Shown one piece after another: positions 13,601-27,579 of a DNA stretch of 64,000 bases. Source of the DNA: Octopus vulgaris (lineage: Eukaryota); contig OX597823.1 of the NCBI GenBank assembly GCA_951406725.2, forward strand, positions 101,804,001 through 101,868,000, in the 5' to 3' direction. Position numbers and translations under genes: made by a program. Below the pieces are notes generated by a model, which worked only from the letters and a program-made list of their open reading frames with translations, did not search any database and was not told the DNA's origin. Positions within the stretch are counted from its first letter, which is position 1; every line of letters begins with the position of its first letter.

Positions 13601-14229
13601 GGATGTGTGTGCGTGTGTGTGTTTGCGTTCCTTGGGCAGCCTTCGACGTTTTCTATCAAAAGGGTTTTTAAATCTAATATCTACATGTTATTATTTATAG
13701 CTTTATTTACTACGAGTTCTACCCTTGAAAACCATACGTATGTGTGTGTGTGTGTGTCTGTCTGTCTGTCTGTCTGTCTGTGTGCCTGTGTGTGTGTGTC
13801 AGCGTGTGTGTGTGTCTGTCTGTCTGTGTGAGTGTAATAGAGAGAGACATACAGACAGACAAACAAACATAACCTAACACACGCACACATTATTTCATGT
13901 CCGAAGTTTCCAAGTTCTTTTGATGTATACAATATAGCAATACATACATATATACACACACTCACACATACATACACATATATAATATACTCACACACAT
14001 ACACACACACACATATACGAGCATACATACATACATAAATACTATATATATGCATTCATAAACACGCACACATATACATTCTGATAATAATTTTATTGAC
14101 AGTCACTTCTGTTTGACAGTGGCTTTATTGACAACCCACTGTCATTAAAATCATTACCTTAACTCAGTCAATGTTCGCTGTTTCGTGCATATAAACGCAC
14201 ACACACTACACACCACACATAAACACATC

Positions 14230-14283
<54 letters not shown>

Positions 14284-14612
14284 GAGGACAGACGCAGGAA
14301 TAGGTGAGTGGTTAAGATGCCCACTTCACAATCATGAGATCCTGGGTTCATTTGTCACATGGTACCTTGAAGGTTTCTTTTTCTTTTTATCACGGCTTCA
14401 GTCAACCCAATCGTATAATTTGGGGAAACGGAGACTGTGCTGAAGCTTGTCGGATGGATTCTACCAGTAATTCAAAGCTCCATCCTTTACTCACTGGTAT
14501 CTATCACGTCCACTCTGCACGATAACTAATTTCAATATACATGTGTCTGCAGGATATTCATAGATAGATAGATAGATAGATAGAATGGATAGATAGATAG
14601 GTAGATAGATAA

Positions 14613-14681
<69 letters not shown>

Positions 14682-15357
14682 CAAACAGACATACAGGCTG
14701 ACAGATAGATAGATATGTATATACATACATACATACATACATACATACATACGTACGTTCGTACGCATGCATGTATGTATCTGTGCCTATCTTTTTGTAA
14801 CCGATTGTCTTTTAAAAGGTTACATAGCCCCTTTCTTCATGAGAGTTTTCCTGGCACAAAAGTCACAGCTTTCCTGATAGTTCCAAATGTGTGTTGGTAG
14901 GGATGTGTGTGTATGCTTATTAATAGTGTCACCTGTTTGAGTGTGCTCTTCTTGTATGTCGAGGTTTATGTATACATTTCAGAGAAATAACATGCGTGTG
15001 TGCTTTATGTATTTGCATAAATAACTCCTTTTTTTATATATATATGAAGGCATGCATGCATGCATGCATGTATGTATGTATGTATGTATGTATGTATGTA
15101 TGTATGTATGTATGTATGTATGTACAAACTACATACTCGTATGTGTGTGTATGCATGTAACGAAGTATTCTCTTATACAAATACACACACACACACAATA
15201 CACATCTAATTATGTATGTGCGCGCGCATGTGAGTGTCTATATATGTATTCACGTGTTATGTGTGTGCATATGTGAAATATGTGTCTGTGGGGAATGTTC
15301 GTGGCTCTATGTACTTTTATGTATTTGTGTTAATGACGTAGAATTAGTGATATTTAG

Positions 15358-15419
<62 letters not shown>

Positions 15420-16050
15420 ATGTTTGTGGAGTCCCACGTGTTGTTCCTTACCATCAAAATTACAACAGTCTACATCAACAGATTTCAACATATTTATTTT
15501 TCCCACGGCACACTCAATAATCACTATCATTTCGTTTTTAACCCCCAATGTACCTGCGCGGCACTTCGAGCTAGTGTCATATACTAAAGACCAGGGCCAA
15601 CTAATACCTTGTGAGTCAATTTTGTTGACGGAAATCGTACGGAATCCTCCTTTTTATAGTATGAGTGTATTTGTCTCTCACCGCTTGAGAACCGGTTTTT
15701 CTTTCTTTAGTGGTTTGGCAAAAAAAAGGGGGGGGGGGCGAGAGAATAAAGTACCAGACTTAAATTGCTGGGGTTGATTTAATCGAGTAAAATGGCACAG
15801 TGCCCCATTGTAGCTGCTGTCCAATGAGTGAAATAAATAAAATAAGAAAAATATAAAAGAATATACAGAAAACATGTATGAAAATCATTTTAACACGCGT
15901 ACATTGCATTTGACGCAAATGAATGCCCATGCTGTGTAAATAAAGTACTGGGCTTCAAAGGGAAGTAAGTACTGCGGGTCGATAAGGTCGACTAAAAATT
16001 CCCCAAGGCGCTGCCCCTGCACGACCACAGTCTAAAGACCTCAGTCTAAG

Positions 16051-16125
<75 letters not shown>

Positions 16126-16170
16126 TGTTGTTGTTGTTGTTGTAGTAGCAGTAGTAGTAGTAGTAGTAGT

Positions 16171-16249
<79 letters not shown>

Positions 16250-16258
16250 ATAATATTA

Positions 16259-16310
<52 letters not shown>
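16051..16310. repeat. Compound trinucleotide microsatellite (AAT)n(AGT)n(TGT)n(AGC)n(AGT)n(AAT)n
   Basis: Visible directly. Confidence 0.95.
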
Positions 16311-16311
<1 letters not shown>

Positions 16312-16860
16312 TGATGCAGTACCAGGCAGAGGCTCTCATGGCTTCTGATCTTAACTGATTGGAAGTGTTATAATGTACATTGTTTTGTCTTGGTATAAAA
16401 GATGGGCTACAGCAAATATTCTGCTCAATACCACAGATTTGCTTGTCAGTTGTTTGACCTTAACCAGTTGAGCATGTCCCTTAGTGGCTGACGATATGTG
16501 CATCTCTGATCACGAGCAGAAGTAGTGGGGAACATCATAGCCATGTGTTGAGAGGGATTCTTTGGGGTTTGAATAGTTCACCTCTGGAAACATGGGTGGT
16601 TCTTTCAACATCCTTAAACAACCCTTATTCAGGGACCGTTTGAGCAGGATGGGCTACTCAACCTGAAGAAAATTCTAACTGGGCCCCACCTGCAAGGTCA
16701 TGTGCTGTTTATCTTGATATGAGATTACCATGTCGCGCACATATGGTTGTGATGCATGTGCCTGGTGTACCTTTATCAGACGGGTAGTCATGATTGGTAT
16801 ATTGGGCTTCGTATATTTTACCCCAGTGTCACTTTGATGGCATGAACTGCTCTCTCACTC
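16311..16860. mobile_element. ~550-bp non-coding interspersed element inserted in (TAA)n
   Basis: Complex, GC-richer sequence bounded on both sides by (AAT)n, with no long ORF. It abuts the R4/Dong fragment. Confidence 0.55.
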
Positions 16861-16879
16861 AATAATAATAATAATAATA

Positions 16880-17705
16880 ATATCAGGCCGATTGGTGTTT
16901 ATAGTGCAGTTAATGTGGACTGTAAAATCTCGTAAAATAGTTTCGTCTTTTGCTTCGATAACTAGTCGGTGTTGGGTGGGGGTCTTGGTTCTTATCAGTT
17001 CTTATCAGTTTTTAGCATGTCCTGCATCATAACGTTTGCACGGGCTTCGTCATGGTTGAACACACTGAAACTGCATGCTCTATTGTATCAATTTGTTTGT
17101 CACACAGACTGCATCTTGGCGCTGTTGCATTTTTGAGGATGTTTGCTTGGTAGTTTCTAGTAAAGAAGCTCTGATCCTGAAGAGCAAGGAAAAATCATTG
17201 CGTTTCCAAGTTTCGCAGCCACTGATGCGTTTCTTGTTGATCAACATTAGTGCCTTGGTGCGAAGTAGGTATTGGCCGAGCAGAGATTCTTGTTGCCCTA
17301 TGTCTTAAAGGATTTTAAACCTCTGCTCCACCACCAAGATTATGCTTTAATTCTGTTGATTCTAGCGGCTTTGGTTTGTAGTGGGTTAGCTTCATTTGTA
17401 ATTTCTATGTTATTGCTTCCTGCTTTTCTGTATTTCTCTCAAAACGGAGTGAAATCTCTTGTTTTTGAGGATTTTTTTTATCGACATCCAATCTCTGGTC
17501 TTATTTAAATATTTTAGCAGGTCAATCGTGGCTGTTTTATAGAGTAATTCAAGTTGGATGAGTTCTCTTCTAACTCCTTTTCTCGACAGGTTGATGTTTG
17601 CTTTAGCGTGGTGCATTTTGGTGGCAGTGAGAAGTTTTCGTGTTTTTTCCATTTATCTTCTGAAGGTCACATAAGTTCTAGTTGATGACATTGAAACTGG
17701 TTGAG
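16880..17705 (-). pseudogene. R4/Dong-like (RLE-type) non-LTR retrotransposon fragment, C-terminal region
   Basis: Frameshifted translation: KTRKLLTATKMHHAKANI..ELIQLELLYKTATIDLLKYL..; LQDQSFFTRNYQANILK..PRCSLCDKQIDTIEHAVSVC (CCHC); DFTVHINCTINTNRPDII (PD motif of the restriction-like endonuclease). Confidence 0.75.
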
Positions 17706-19121
17706 TGAGGGGCTTGCTGCCGCTTTTCGTGGAAAAACAGATACGCTACGGGATGTACAATACATCACAAAACAGAAAAAAGGAAAGAAATGACAAATAT
17801 TATTTCATTAGTCGTATTGTTATTTTTGTTAATCCCCAGATGAACTCTGGAATGAATAAGAATATGATGAAAGGTTTTCCAGCTGTGACCATCCCATCTC
17901 AATAAATTCATACAGGACTACATTACTAATGCGCTTTTGTTTTTATTTTTATTTAAGACGATTTAGCTGCTGTGATAACAGTTCGTGATGTCACACTTGC
18001 CATTGTCATAGAAATGCCATATAATTGCAAAAGCTGGAGAAATAGAGAAAGGGTGTGTAATTGTCGGTGCTAAATGTTAAATATCCCCGATTAAACATAA
18101 TTCCGGCTCTCCAATAAAACATTATAAATCTTTTCATTTCTTTTTCACCTTGTTTTAGCTTATATTTTTTGGTATCGCTGTGGTTGCTGCTGTTTTGTTT
18201 TTAAGGGAAGGGCAGTTGTTACTACTAACTATTGCCGTTCTAGTTGTTGGTGATGTTTGTTGTTGCTTCTTGCGGTTGATGTTGTTGTAGATAATAAAGG
18301 TAGTATTAATGGTGGCGGTGGTGGTGGTGGTGGTGTTGACTTCGGTAAATGGGGTGATTTGCGTTCAGCCAATGGCAAACGACATCCTTGGTTGAAATTT
18401 GTCTGTAAATACTGGTTAAATTGTTTATTTGGAGACATGGTAGCGTGATTGATGTTATGTTTGTGTTTGTTTAATCGTTATTAAGGAGGGAAAGAGACAG
18501 AGGGGGGAGGAGGAAGAGGAGGAGGTAAGCAGGCAGACAGACAAAGAAAGAAAGAAAGAAAGAAAGAAAGAAGGAAAGAAAGAGAAACTATATTTGTTTA
18601 TGCCCCATTATTCAACTAGAAGCAAAAATAAAAAATCTGTTACTGCTTGTGTTTCATTTGAATTCCGAGACAAATCATTCAATTTATTCTGGAACAGAAA
18701 CTTTCGTTAGCATTCTTCAATATGCCACAAAGCATATTTCTCACACACGAAACGATTGTGTCTTATCTGCGCACGAAACCAACCTGTCGTTCAACAGCAC
18801 ACACACACGCACACACACACACACACACACACACTCAAATGTTGACATGAGAGTAACGCTCAACTCCTCACTCTCTCTTCTTCAATCTCTCTCTTTCACC
18901 CCCACTCTCATCGCCTTTCTCTCTCATCCCCACTTTCGCATCATCTCTCTCTCTCTCCCTATCACTCTCTCTCCCCCTCTCCCTCTCTTTCTTGGCCTAT
19001 ATATATGTTTGTAAGTACGTTTGCGCATGTGTGTGGATGCGTGGATGCCTATGTGTGCATATATGCATAAGTGTGTATGTTATATGTGTATGTGTGTGTG
19101 CATGTGTGTGTGTTTGTGTGC

Positions 19122-19157
<36 letters not shown>

Positions 19158-19160
19158 ATA

Positions 19161-19319
19161 CGAGATCCGATCAATAAGTATCCGAAGTGAGCTAGGATGT
19201 TAAAACTTAGTGCACATACACAGCAGAATTCAAGGTCAATCTGTGCCAAGCGGCTTCACTCTGCATACTTTAGCTTCGTTACTATAGTAACAGTCCGGAT
19301 ACTTATTGATCAGACCACG
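19161..19319. mobile_element. Mariner-type MITE
   Basis: TIRs cgagatccgatcaataagtatccg / cggatacttattgatcagaccacg, with TA on both flanks (19159-19160, 19320-19321). Confidence 0.8.
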
Positions 19320-19572
19320 TATATGCCTTGCCTTGTCTTGTAGTCATCAATTCCTTGGTGGCGCGAGTTACCGGAACGCTGGCGTGGTAGACAACGTGTC
19401 TGGAGCATTTTTAGATTTGACGCAGCTCATCCCATTCCATGATTGATCACAACCGAGTTCTTCCAGAAAATATGGTCTGTGTAGAAATAGAATATATGAT
19501 GACCAATTCCTCTCAAATCCATTACATTCGTATACTACAGTACTTCGACGAAAAACTTTATAAGTGGCATTA

Positions 19573-19964
19573 TCTCTCTATATATAAAGCTGAAGTTGTC
19601 TGTGTATGGCAGGTTTGGTAGCCTCCAGCTAACACTATCTCCTCAGAGACCCTGCGGCGTAAGTTGACCAAAATTGAGAGTATGATAGAAGAAGGCTTCC
19701 TCTTCCTTCCGTAGAAGAAAAAATATCAAATCGGGCCATGTTAACACCAAAAATTATTTACATCAAAAAGGTGCTTTTTTTCTATGAAAATCCCTATTTT
19801 TACGATTTTTTGACTGCTGTGTCGTCATTTTTCGGTGTATTTCAACCAGAAAAATGTTCACTTAAAGAGAATAACAAGCTACATAATGCAAAATTTTTAC
19901 TTTTCCAAAATTCCAATTCTAAAGGGTCGAAACAAACCCGAGCAATGCTGGGCGATACTGCTAG
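19573..19964 (+). mobile_element. Non-autonomous Helitron (392 bp)
   Basis: Inserted between A and T. 5' TC(tctctatatataaagc), 3' GC-rich hairpin cccgagcaatgctggg, terminal CTAG, no TSD. Confidence 0.8.
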
Positions 19965-20270
19965 TCTTTGAATAATTCAGTTCGCAATTTGGTAGAATCG
20001 TTAGAGCATAGGACAAAATGACTTGCGATATTTGCTCCAGCTTTTTACGTCCTGATTTAAAAACCCGCGGATGTCAACTATCCCCTTTTATTATTCTGGG
20101 TTGATAAAACGAATTAGCGACTGGGTTGATAAAATAAATTACCAGCCCTGTACCGATCGGTGAATTGGGAAAATGTGAAGAATGGTTTGTATTCCGAGTA
20201 CCCAGGCAGGCAAATGTGGCCAACTTGTCTAATATCTAGTTTACGAGGCGGTGTGTTGAAAAAGAATATA

Positions 20271-20901
20271 TCTCTTTTACTCTTTTATTTGTTTCAGTTA
20301 TTTGACTGTGGCCATGCTGGAGCACCGCCTTTAGTCGAGCAAATCGACCCCAGGACTTATTCTTTGTAAGCCTAGTACTTATTCTATCGGTCTCTTTTGC
20401 CGAACAGCTAAGTTACGGGGACGTAAACACACCAGCATCGGCAGAAACATTAGCATGCCGGGCGAAATGCTTAGCGGTATTTCGTCTGCCGTTACGTTGT
20501 GAGTTCAAATTCCGCCGAGGTCGGCTTTGCTTTTCATCCTTTCGGGGTCGATTAAATAAGTACCAGTTACGCACTAGGTCGATATAATCGACTTAATCCG
20601 TTTGTCTGTCCTTGTTTGTCCTCTCTGTGTTTAGCCCCTTGTGGGTAGTAGAGAAATAGGTTGTCAAGCGATGTTGGAGGAACAAACACAGACACACAAA
20701 CATATGCACACACATACATACATATATATATACATATATACGACGGGCTTCTTTCAGTTTCTGTCTACCAAATCCACTCACAAGGCTTTGGTTAGCCCAA
20801 GGCTATAGTAAAAGTCACTTGCCCAAGGTGCCACGCAGTGGGACTGAACTCAGAACCATGTAGTTCGTAAGCATGCTACTTACCACACAGCCACTCCTAC
20901 G

Positions 20902-20904
<3 letters not shown>
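20271..20904 (-). mobile_element. SINE family A interrupted by an opposite-orientation SINE B (20441-20658)
   Basis: The family A sequence accagcatcgg|ttgtcaagc (contiguous at 7401-7420) is split by a 5'-truncated SINE B. Confidence 0.85.
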
Positions 20905-20966
<62 letters not shown>

Positions 20967-20986
20967 GTATATACATATATATATAT

Positions 20987-21192
20987 ATTTCTTTACTACC
21001 CACAAGGAGCTAAACACAGAGGGGACAGACAAACGGATTAAGTCGACTACATCGACCCCAGTGCGTAACTTGTACTTAATTTATAAACCCCGAAAGGATG
21101 AAAGGCAAAGTCGACCTCGGCGGAATTTGAACTCGGAACGTAACGACAGACGAATTTCGCCCGGCGTGCTAACGTTTCTACCAGCTTGCCGC
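20987..21192 (-). mobile_element. SINE family B within (TA)n
   Basis: Tail tttctttactacccacaagg.., conserved body, head ..ccagcttgccgc. Confidence 0.8.
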
Positions 21193-21195
21193 ATA

Positions 21196-21253
<58 letters not shown>

Positions 21254-21272
21254 TATGTATATACATATATAT

Positions 21273-21350
<78 letters not shown>

Positions 21351-23530
21351 GCGAAATTTCATTAATAAAAGAATATACATGTTTTAGAAAGTTATGAGGG
21401 AACAAATTTGATTTGGGTACCAAATAGTAGATATGTCGTCCTTTCGGTAAGAGATACGAAGGTTCGCGTCTGATAAGAAAGCATAAAGAACATGTAGTGG
21501 TTGGCCGTTGAACGAAATGGGAAATTGACGAGAACTTTAGTTTACAGTGCTAAGAATATATCAACATAAGTTGTCCAAATATCTGTGCCATGTGCTTCTC
21601 GTTGCAGTTAGCTTTATGTATTCACCATATTTCTAATTATTTTCCGTCTAGATTTCGACACAAAGGCGTTAATGGTTTCTTTGTCTCTTATCTTGGGGAT
21701 TTCCGGTCAGGGCCTACATGGTGCAGTGGAAATATGCGATCAAATCTATCTTCATTTTGCAGTTTTCTTTTCTGTTTTCAAGTAAGTGACTAATGTGGAT
21801 CAAACCCGAGACTTGTAAACGAGAAGGAAAGAAACTGTGTTGGTGTGACGTCACAAAAAGCATTAACAAAAAAGATGAAGTGAAATGGCTCCATCTAAGT
21901 AAAACGGGTCGCGCATTGCGTTATCAAGAGCTTATTTCTGCCCTATGGCACTCCTTAAAATTAATATACTAATATGAGTATTATGAAATGAATGCAGAAT
22001 CGTTGCTTATCAGCACCGAAAGATGTACAATTTAGAGAAGCATGATAATTTGGCACTATGTCAATTGGTACACAGAATGAAAGATACCATTCACGAAATA
22101 TTTCCACCAAAGTACCGGAAGCCATCTTTATGCTTCTATTGAAATTAAATGATAAGATGACAATATATTTATGAATCTAAGGAGAGGTTTGGTTATAATT
22201 AAAAGGAATCAGAAGATCGTTGCTAGCACACACACACACACACACACACAAATTTAACAAGTTGGTGACCTTAGAATATTTCAAATCAATATTTCGCGAT
22301 TTTCCTATTCATCAAAGACGCATAGAACTCTCGCTCTCTCTCTCCGCTCTCTTTATATTACTTTTTGTGATGTGAAATTTTCGACGGTGACAGCAATTCT
22401 GTTATTGGCATTTTATTTAGCGAAACCTGCCCACAAAAGAGGTGACCGTGGTAGGATTGGAATTCAAAGTACAAAGTACCGGAACACACAGAGGAGGGCA
22501 TTTGATCCGGTGATCTAACGACTCTGCCAATTTACCATTTTACTTTTAAACTTAGGGGCACTTAGAGAGATAAAGACGTCGTACTTAAAGCTGCATTGCG
22601 CTCGATCGTCAGTCTGCTTGAACGAGGCTGATTTGGTGTTGGAGAAAAATGAAAGGAAAAAAATGTAAAATGTATTCGGTTTATGCACTGAAAAAAATTG
22701 GTGTTGGTGGGTTGATGTTCATTGCGTATATAGTGCGGCATTACACCTCTCATAGTGATAAATCATAATAATTAAGATGAGGATGTTGTTTGTTGTGAGA
22801 GTTATGACGATATGAGATTAATGCTTTCGGCGTTGTTATCGACATTGAAAGATGTAAGGTACACATTGATCTATCATTTCTTTTCGCAATGTCAGTTGGT
22901 ACATTGGAATCAAAGACACCATTCACAAACAAATCTCTCAGGCCGTTATCAATTTCGTGGGAGTTAAGTAAAATACACAACAAAAATAAGTATAAAAGGT
23001 AAACAACTTTAATTCTCACGCCTTCTTCCGGCGGATAAAAACACACTCGTCTCACAGTGTTGCCAACTTCGTTCTTTTAGAACTAAATTTGGCCCTTATA
23101 TGCATTTAGCTCTAATTTCTTATAATCTAGCACATAGTTACAAATATACTTGATTTTAATATCTGAGTTGGATTTTTCTCTGCATTTTCCTCATCCATGC
23201 AAGAAATAATAATAATTCAAGCAGGCACTTCTGTAATGTGTTTTGGACATGTTCAATTTCTGCCCACTTGATCTTGATTCTTGCAGAATTTTTTTTATTC
23301 TTTCAACGTTCAAAGTATCATTTTGTCAAAATAGCCATCACGAATAAATTTTTGCTTCAACCAACAAATTCACTTCAGACAACACACCACCATTTTTAAA
23401 ATACAAAATAAGATCACATTGAAATCCCAGGTAGAGTATAGCTGGAATGAAGCTGGCACTGTTATGCTTTCAATACCTCGATCAGCTTCATCAGTGTTTC
23501 GTTTAGACTAAACATCGGACAACATTTGAG

Positions 23531-23571
<41 letters not shown>

Positions 23572-23575
<4 letters not shown>

Positions 23576-23806
23576 ATCCAAACAAGAAAGCACAAAAAAA
23601 CACAACAACGCGAGGACGTGGAACAAATATAGTACTATTGGACGCTCAGGAAAGAAGGAAAGAAGGAGGGTTTAACGTTTCAAGCGGAGCTCTTCGTCGG
23701 AAACATAGGAGAAGGAAAGATCCAGAGAAGGGAAACATAGGAGAAGGAAAGATCCAGAGAAGGGAAGACAGAGGAAAAAAATCGCCAACGGTACACACGA
23801 GGTCAC
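23572..23806 (-). mobile_element. Short Penelope-pLTR-like element with hammerhead motif (23670-23704) and an internal ~32-bp tandem duplication
   Basis: On -: GTTT-CCGACGA-A-GAGC-tcc-GCTT-GAAAC-GTT-AAAC, flanked by (TA)n. gaaacataggagaaggaaagatccagagaaggg occurs twice. Confidence 0.65.
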
Positions 23807-23816
23807 ATATATATCA

Positions 23817-24042
23817 CGAGCTAGCAGACACGTTAGCGCGCCGGGCGAAATACTTAGCGGTATTTCGTCTGTCGTTACGTTCTGAGTTCAAATTCCGCCG
23901 AGGTCAACTTTGCCTTTCATCCTTTCGAGGTCGATAAATAAAGTACCAGTTTCGCACTGGGGTCGATGTAATCGACTCAATTCCTTCGTCTGTCCTTGTT
24001 TGTCCTCTCTATGTTTAGCCCCTTCTGGGCAGTAAAGAAATA
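23817..24042 (+). mobile_element. SINE family B with probable TSD atatatatcac
   Basis: Full body and gccccttctgggcagtaaagaaa tail; atatatatcac is present on both sides. Confidence 0.8.
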
Positions 24043-24049
24043 TATATAT

Positions 24050-24419
<370 letters not shown>

Positions 24420-24428
24420 GTATGTATG

Positions 24429-24493
<65 letters not shown>

Positions 24494-24508
24494 GTATATA
24501 TATATATT

Positions 24509-25526
24509 TTAGCATTAAAGACCCGTCGTTGCCGGGTCATAGTGCTAGTGCATGTATATATGTGTATATATATATATATGTGTACATATTACATGTACAT
24601 CTATATATATATATACATCTACACATAAAATACAAAATACAAAGTTATATCTTGATCTCGCTAGTGATAACAATACTCAAAATATATAACAGACTGGAAT
24701 TGTTAGCCCGTCTCTTGTAATTTGGATCAATTGTATCTTGTCCTCCCTCTCGTATAGAAGTGTGGTTACAATCCAGCCTACCTCTACTTCGGAGCGGTGG
24801 AGGGGGGCATTTTAAATTTCTTTCCGGGACGTCGTACGTCCCAGATATAAAGGTAAAAATAAAATATTTCCACTTTGCAAGTTCGAGTCGAGTACTCCCT
24901 TGCACGCGCCGTTGACTCGAACCTTGCTTCTATTATGGCGAATTTACCGCCTCTGATGAGATACCTTTCATAGTCGCACCAAGACACTTTTCGAAGGTGC
25001 TTTCCTCCATGTGTTCAAATCTTCTTTTTTCTTTATATTGTATACTTTATAGACAATAGTCTTTTCTTTAATTTAATTTTTTATTATCCATCTGGACTAT
25101 TCCATTTCTGCACGCTAATCTTATTTTTAATTTATTCCCATTCATGTGAAACCACTTATTCAAGTTCAAATCATTGATGCAATTTTATACCAATTGCTAT
25201 TTTTACTTTTGTCATGTTACTTTAGTTTGATTTTAATTATTACTTACTACATATAATTCAATTGTTATTATTATTTTTATTGTTAAAGTGAAAGTATTTT
25301 TGTTTCACTTTTAACACGTAATACTGAAATAGTGGAGAAGATATGATATTGCTATGGGCTCGCTCTAGGTGAGAAGTTGAACATTTATTTTGCCGATGAC
25401 ACTCCCCGGACACTAAGTAAGGCATGTGTAAAATTTGAATGAAATTGGTCGTGTATCTCTCAAGTTTTAGGGAAACACACAGACAGGCTGACAGACAGAC
25501 ACACATTCTCAGTTTTATAAATATAA

Positions 25527-25529
<3 letters not shown>
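24509..25529 (-). mobile_element. Non-autonomous Helitron (~1.0 kb), uninterrupted copy
   Basis: On -: 5' TC..ataaaactgagaatgtgtgtctgtctgt; 3' hairpin gacccggcaacgacgggtc followed by ..atgcta. A second copy is split at 47040-47596 / 53234-53699. Confidence 0.75.
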
Positions 25530-25561
<32 letters not shown>

Positions 25562-25564
<3 letters not shown>

Positions 25565-25778
25565 CAGTTGGTACATTGGAATCAGTCGCCATGGTAGATC
25601 GGTAACCACTACACACATTTTTTCTCTCCTTGTTTCTTTCTGTGTTCCTTTCTGTAGAAGAGCATAGGCTCGAAACGTAAAAGACTTTTTCAATTCCTGA
25701 GCGTTATACTAATACATCTGCTTGTTTTCTACACCACCTGTCTTCGTCTTTTGTTTTTTGTTTTTTTTCGTGAATTCT

Positions 25779-25782
<4 letters not shown>
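25562..25782 (+). mobile_element. Short Penelope-pLTR-like element in (TA)n with hammerhead motif (25648-25683); related copy at 46853-47035 (-)
   Basis: CTTT-CTGTAGA-A-GAGC-atag-GCTC-GAAAC-GTA-AAAG, with (TA)n on both sides. Confidence 0.65.
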
Positions 25783-25830
<48 letters not shown>

Positions 25831-25870
25831 CAAACTTACTTAGAAATGGATGCGTGCGTTCCGTCATATA

Positions 25871-26220
25871 ATAACAAATTAATAAATAAAACATATGCAT
25901 ATATACACACATATATGTACGTACCTACATCTATGGGTAAAGGACACCAAAAAAACCTCGAACACAATGAGAAACGAAAACATAAACACAAATCCAAGGA
26001 AACGGACATTTTCCTTAAACAACGAAAAAATAGAGTACGGGACATACAACACAAGGAAAATTCCCCTTCTTCAGTCGCCTCTGTTCCATCTACTACGCGT
26101 TTCGAAGGTCAAGGCGAGACACGTCTTAGTTGAAACATTCCTTCCCGCAAAAAGCAAATTAAATAAAATTTGAGATATATGTATGTATATATGCATATGT
26201 TTTATTTATTAATTTGTTAT
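25871..26220. mobile_element. Element bounded by 46-bp inverted repeats in (TA)n, Penelope-like
   Basis: 25871-25916 (ataacaaattaataaataaaacatatgcatatatacacacatatat) is the near-perfect reverse complement of 26175-26220. Interior has cgaaacgcgta on -. Confidence 0.6.
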
Positions 26221-26243
26221 ATATATATATGTATGTATGTGTG

Positions 26244-26307
<64 letters not shown>

Positions 26308-26589
26308 AAACCTCAAACATAATTATAAAAGAAAAAATTCCCGATTATAATAATGGCTTCAAATTTTGACACGAGGCTAGCAATTTCGGGGAGGGAGAAA
26401 GTCGACTTCATTGACCCCAGTGTACAACTGGTACTTATTCTATTGGTCCCGAAAGGATAAAAGGAAAAGTCGATCTCGACATATTTTGAATTCAAAATGT
26501 AAAGACGGACGAAATGTCACCAAGTATTTTACTCGGTGTTGCTAATGATTCTGCCAGCTTGCCATCTCTTTCAACCGGGTTATAATAAT

Positions 26590-26960
26590 CTCTAATGAAT
26601 ATTGCCTTGTCAGTAAATATTGATTAAATACGGCTATAGATGATAGGGGTTTAAATTTTGTAAATAACTTGTAGATAACTGGATTTCGCCAGGTTTAAGT
26701 TAAGAGCAAAATTTGTTCGCATCTAAATTTAAGGTAATATTCCCTAAAATCAACTATAGGAAGATTAGTGTCAGCTGTAATTTGTAATCCTCTCTCACTA
26801 AATAATGGGTTCTTTTCTAAATTCGCCTAATTCATAATCTTCTATATTGCGAGATAGTAAAATGCCATCGTCTTTGTATAAGCCTCCCGACAGAGTACAA
26901 AATCTTTTATAGAAGGGCTCAAATCTTTCACTAGTTTCAAGAACTGATGAATTCCCTGTT
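26590..26960 (-). pseudogene. Penelope-like reverse transcriptase remnant
   Basis: GGLYKDDGILL..GLQITADTNLPIVDF..TLNL..KPGE resembles the PLE RT YxDD motif and the downstream VxFLDxTLxL motif. Frameshifted. Confidence 0.6.
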
Positions 26961-27524
26961 GAATGAATTGTGATTATGTGGCTGCGTATCCCATAGACAC
27001 GTGTACTATTAACGTAATCCTCAGACTCAGCGTGAAACAATGTATGAGAAGGCTGTCTTTGAATTACAGCTACAATCCATCCGACGTTATTCCAGTTTCC
27101 TTCCATCCATTTTCATTCTCTGAGCTTGAAGCAAGACGAGGCAATGGTGAAAGACATTCCCCAAAATGAAAAGACACACTTGAATCGAGCGCGGATCTTG
27201 GGTTTGCGAAGCTTTACGCTTAACTACTAGAACACGCCTGTATATGTCTGTAAATATATGAAACACTCACACACACGCACCCACACTACGAGAACAACAA
27301 ATACATATATTGTTTGTCGTAGACCTCAGTTCATAGATAAGGACAAGATGTCTGTATTTATTAGTCGATTTCAAGTGAAAAGTTAAGATTTGTATCTTAA
27401 TTTCGACTTGACAAACATAAAACTATACTCCCTACAGCCACAAATGTAGGTCCCTACAATTCACACATTTGTGTTCGTGTGTTTGTACATGAAACACACA
27501 TAAACACGTGCATGCTTTCAATCT

Positions 27525-27579
<55 letters not shown>

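Noticed and set aside
26085-26130. cgaaacgcgta on the - strand as a further hammerhead
   Set aside because: Stem III and the GUA triplet look right, but there is no CUGANGA-like box at the expected position; not counted.
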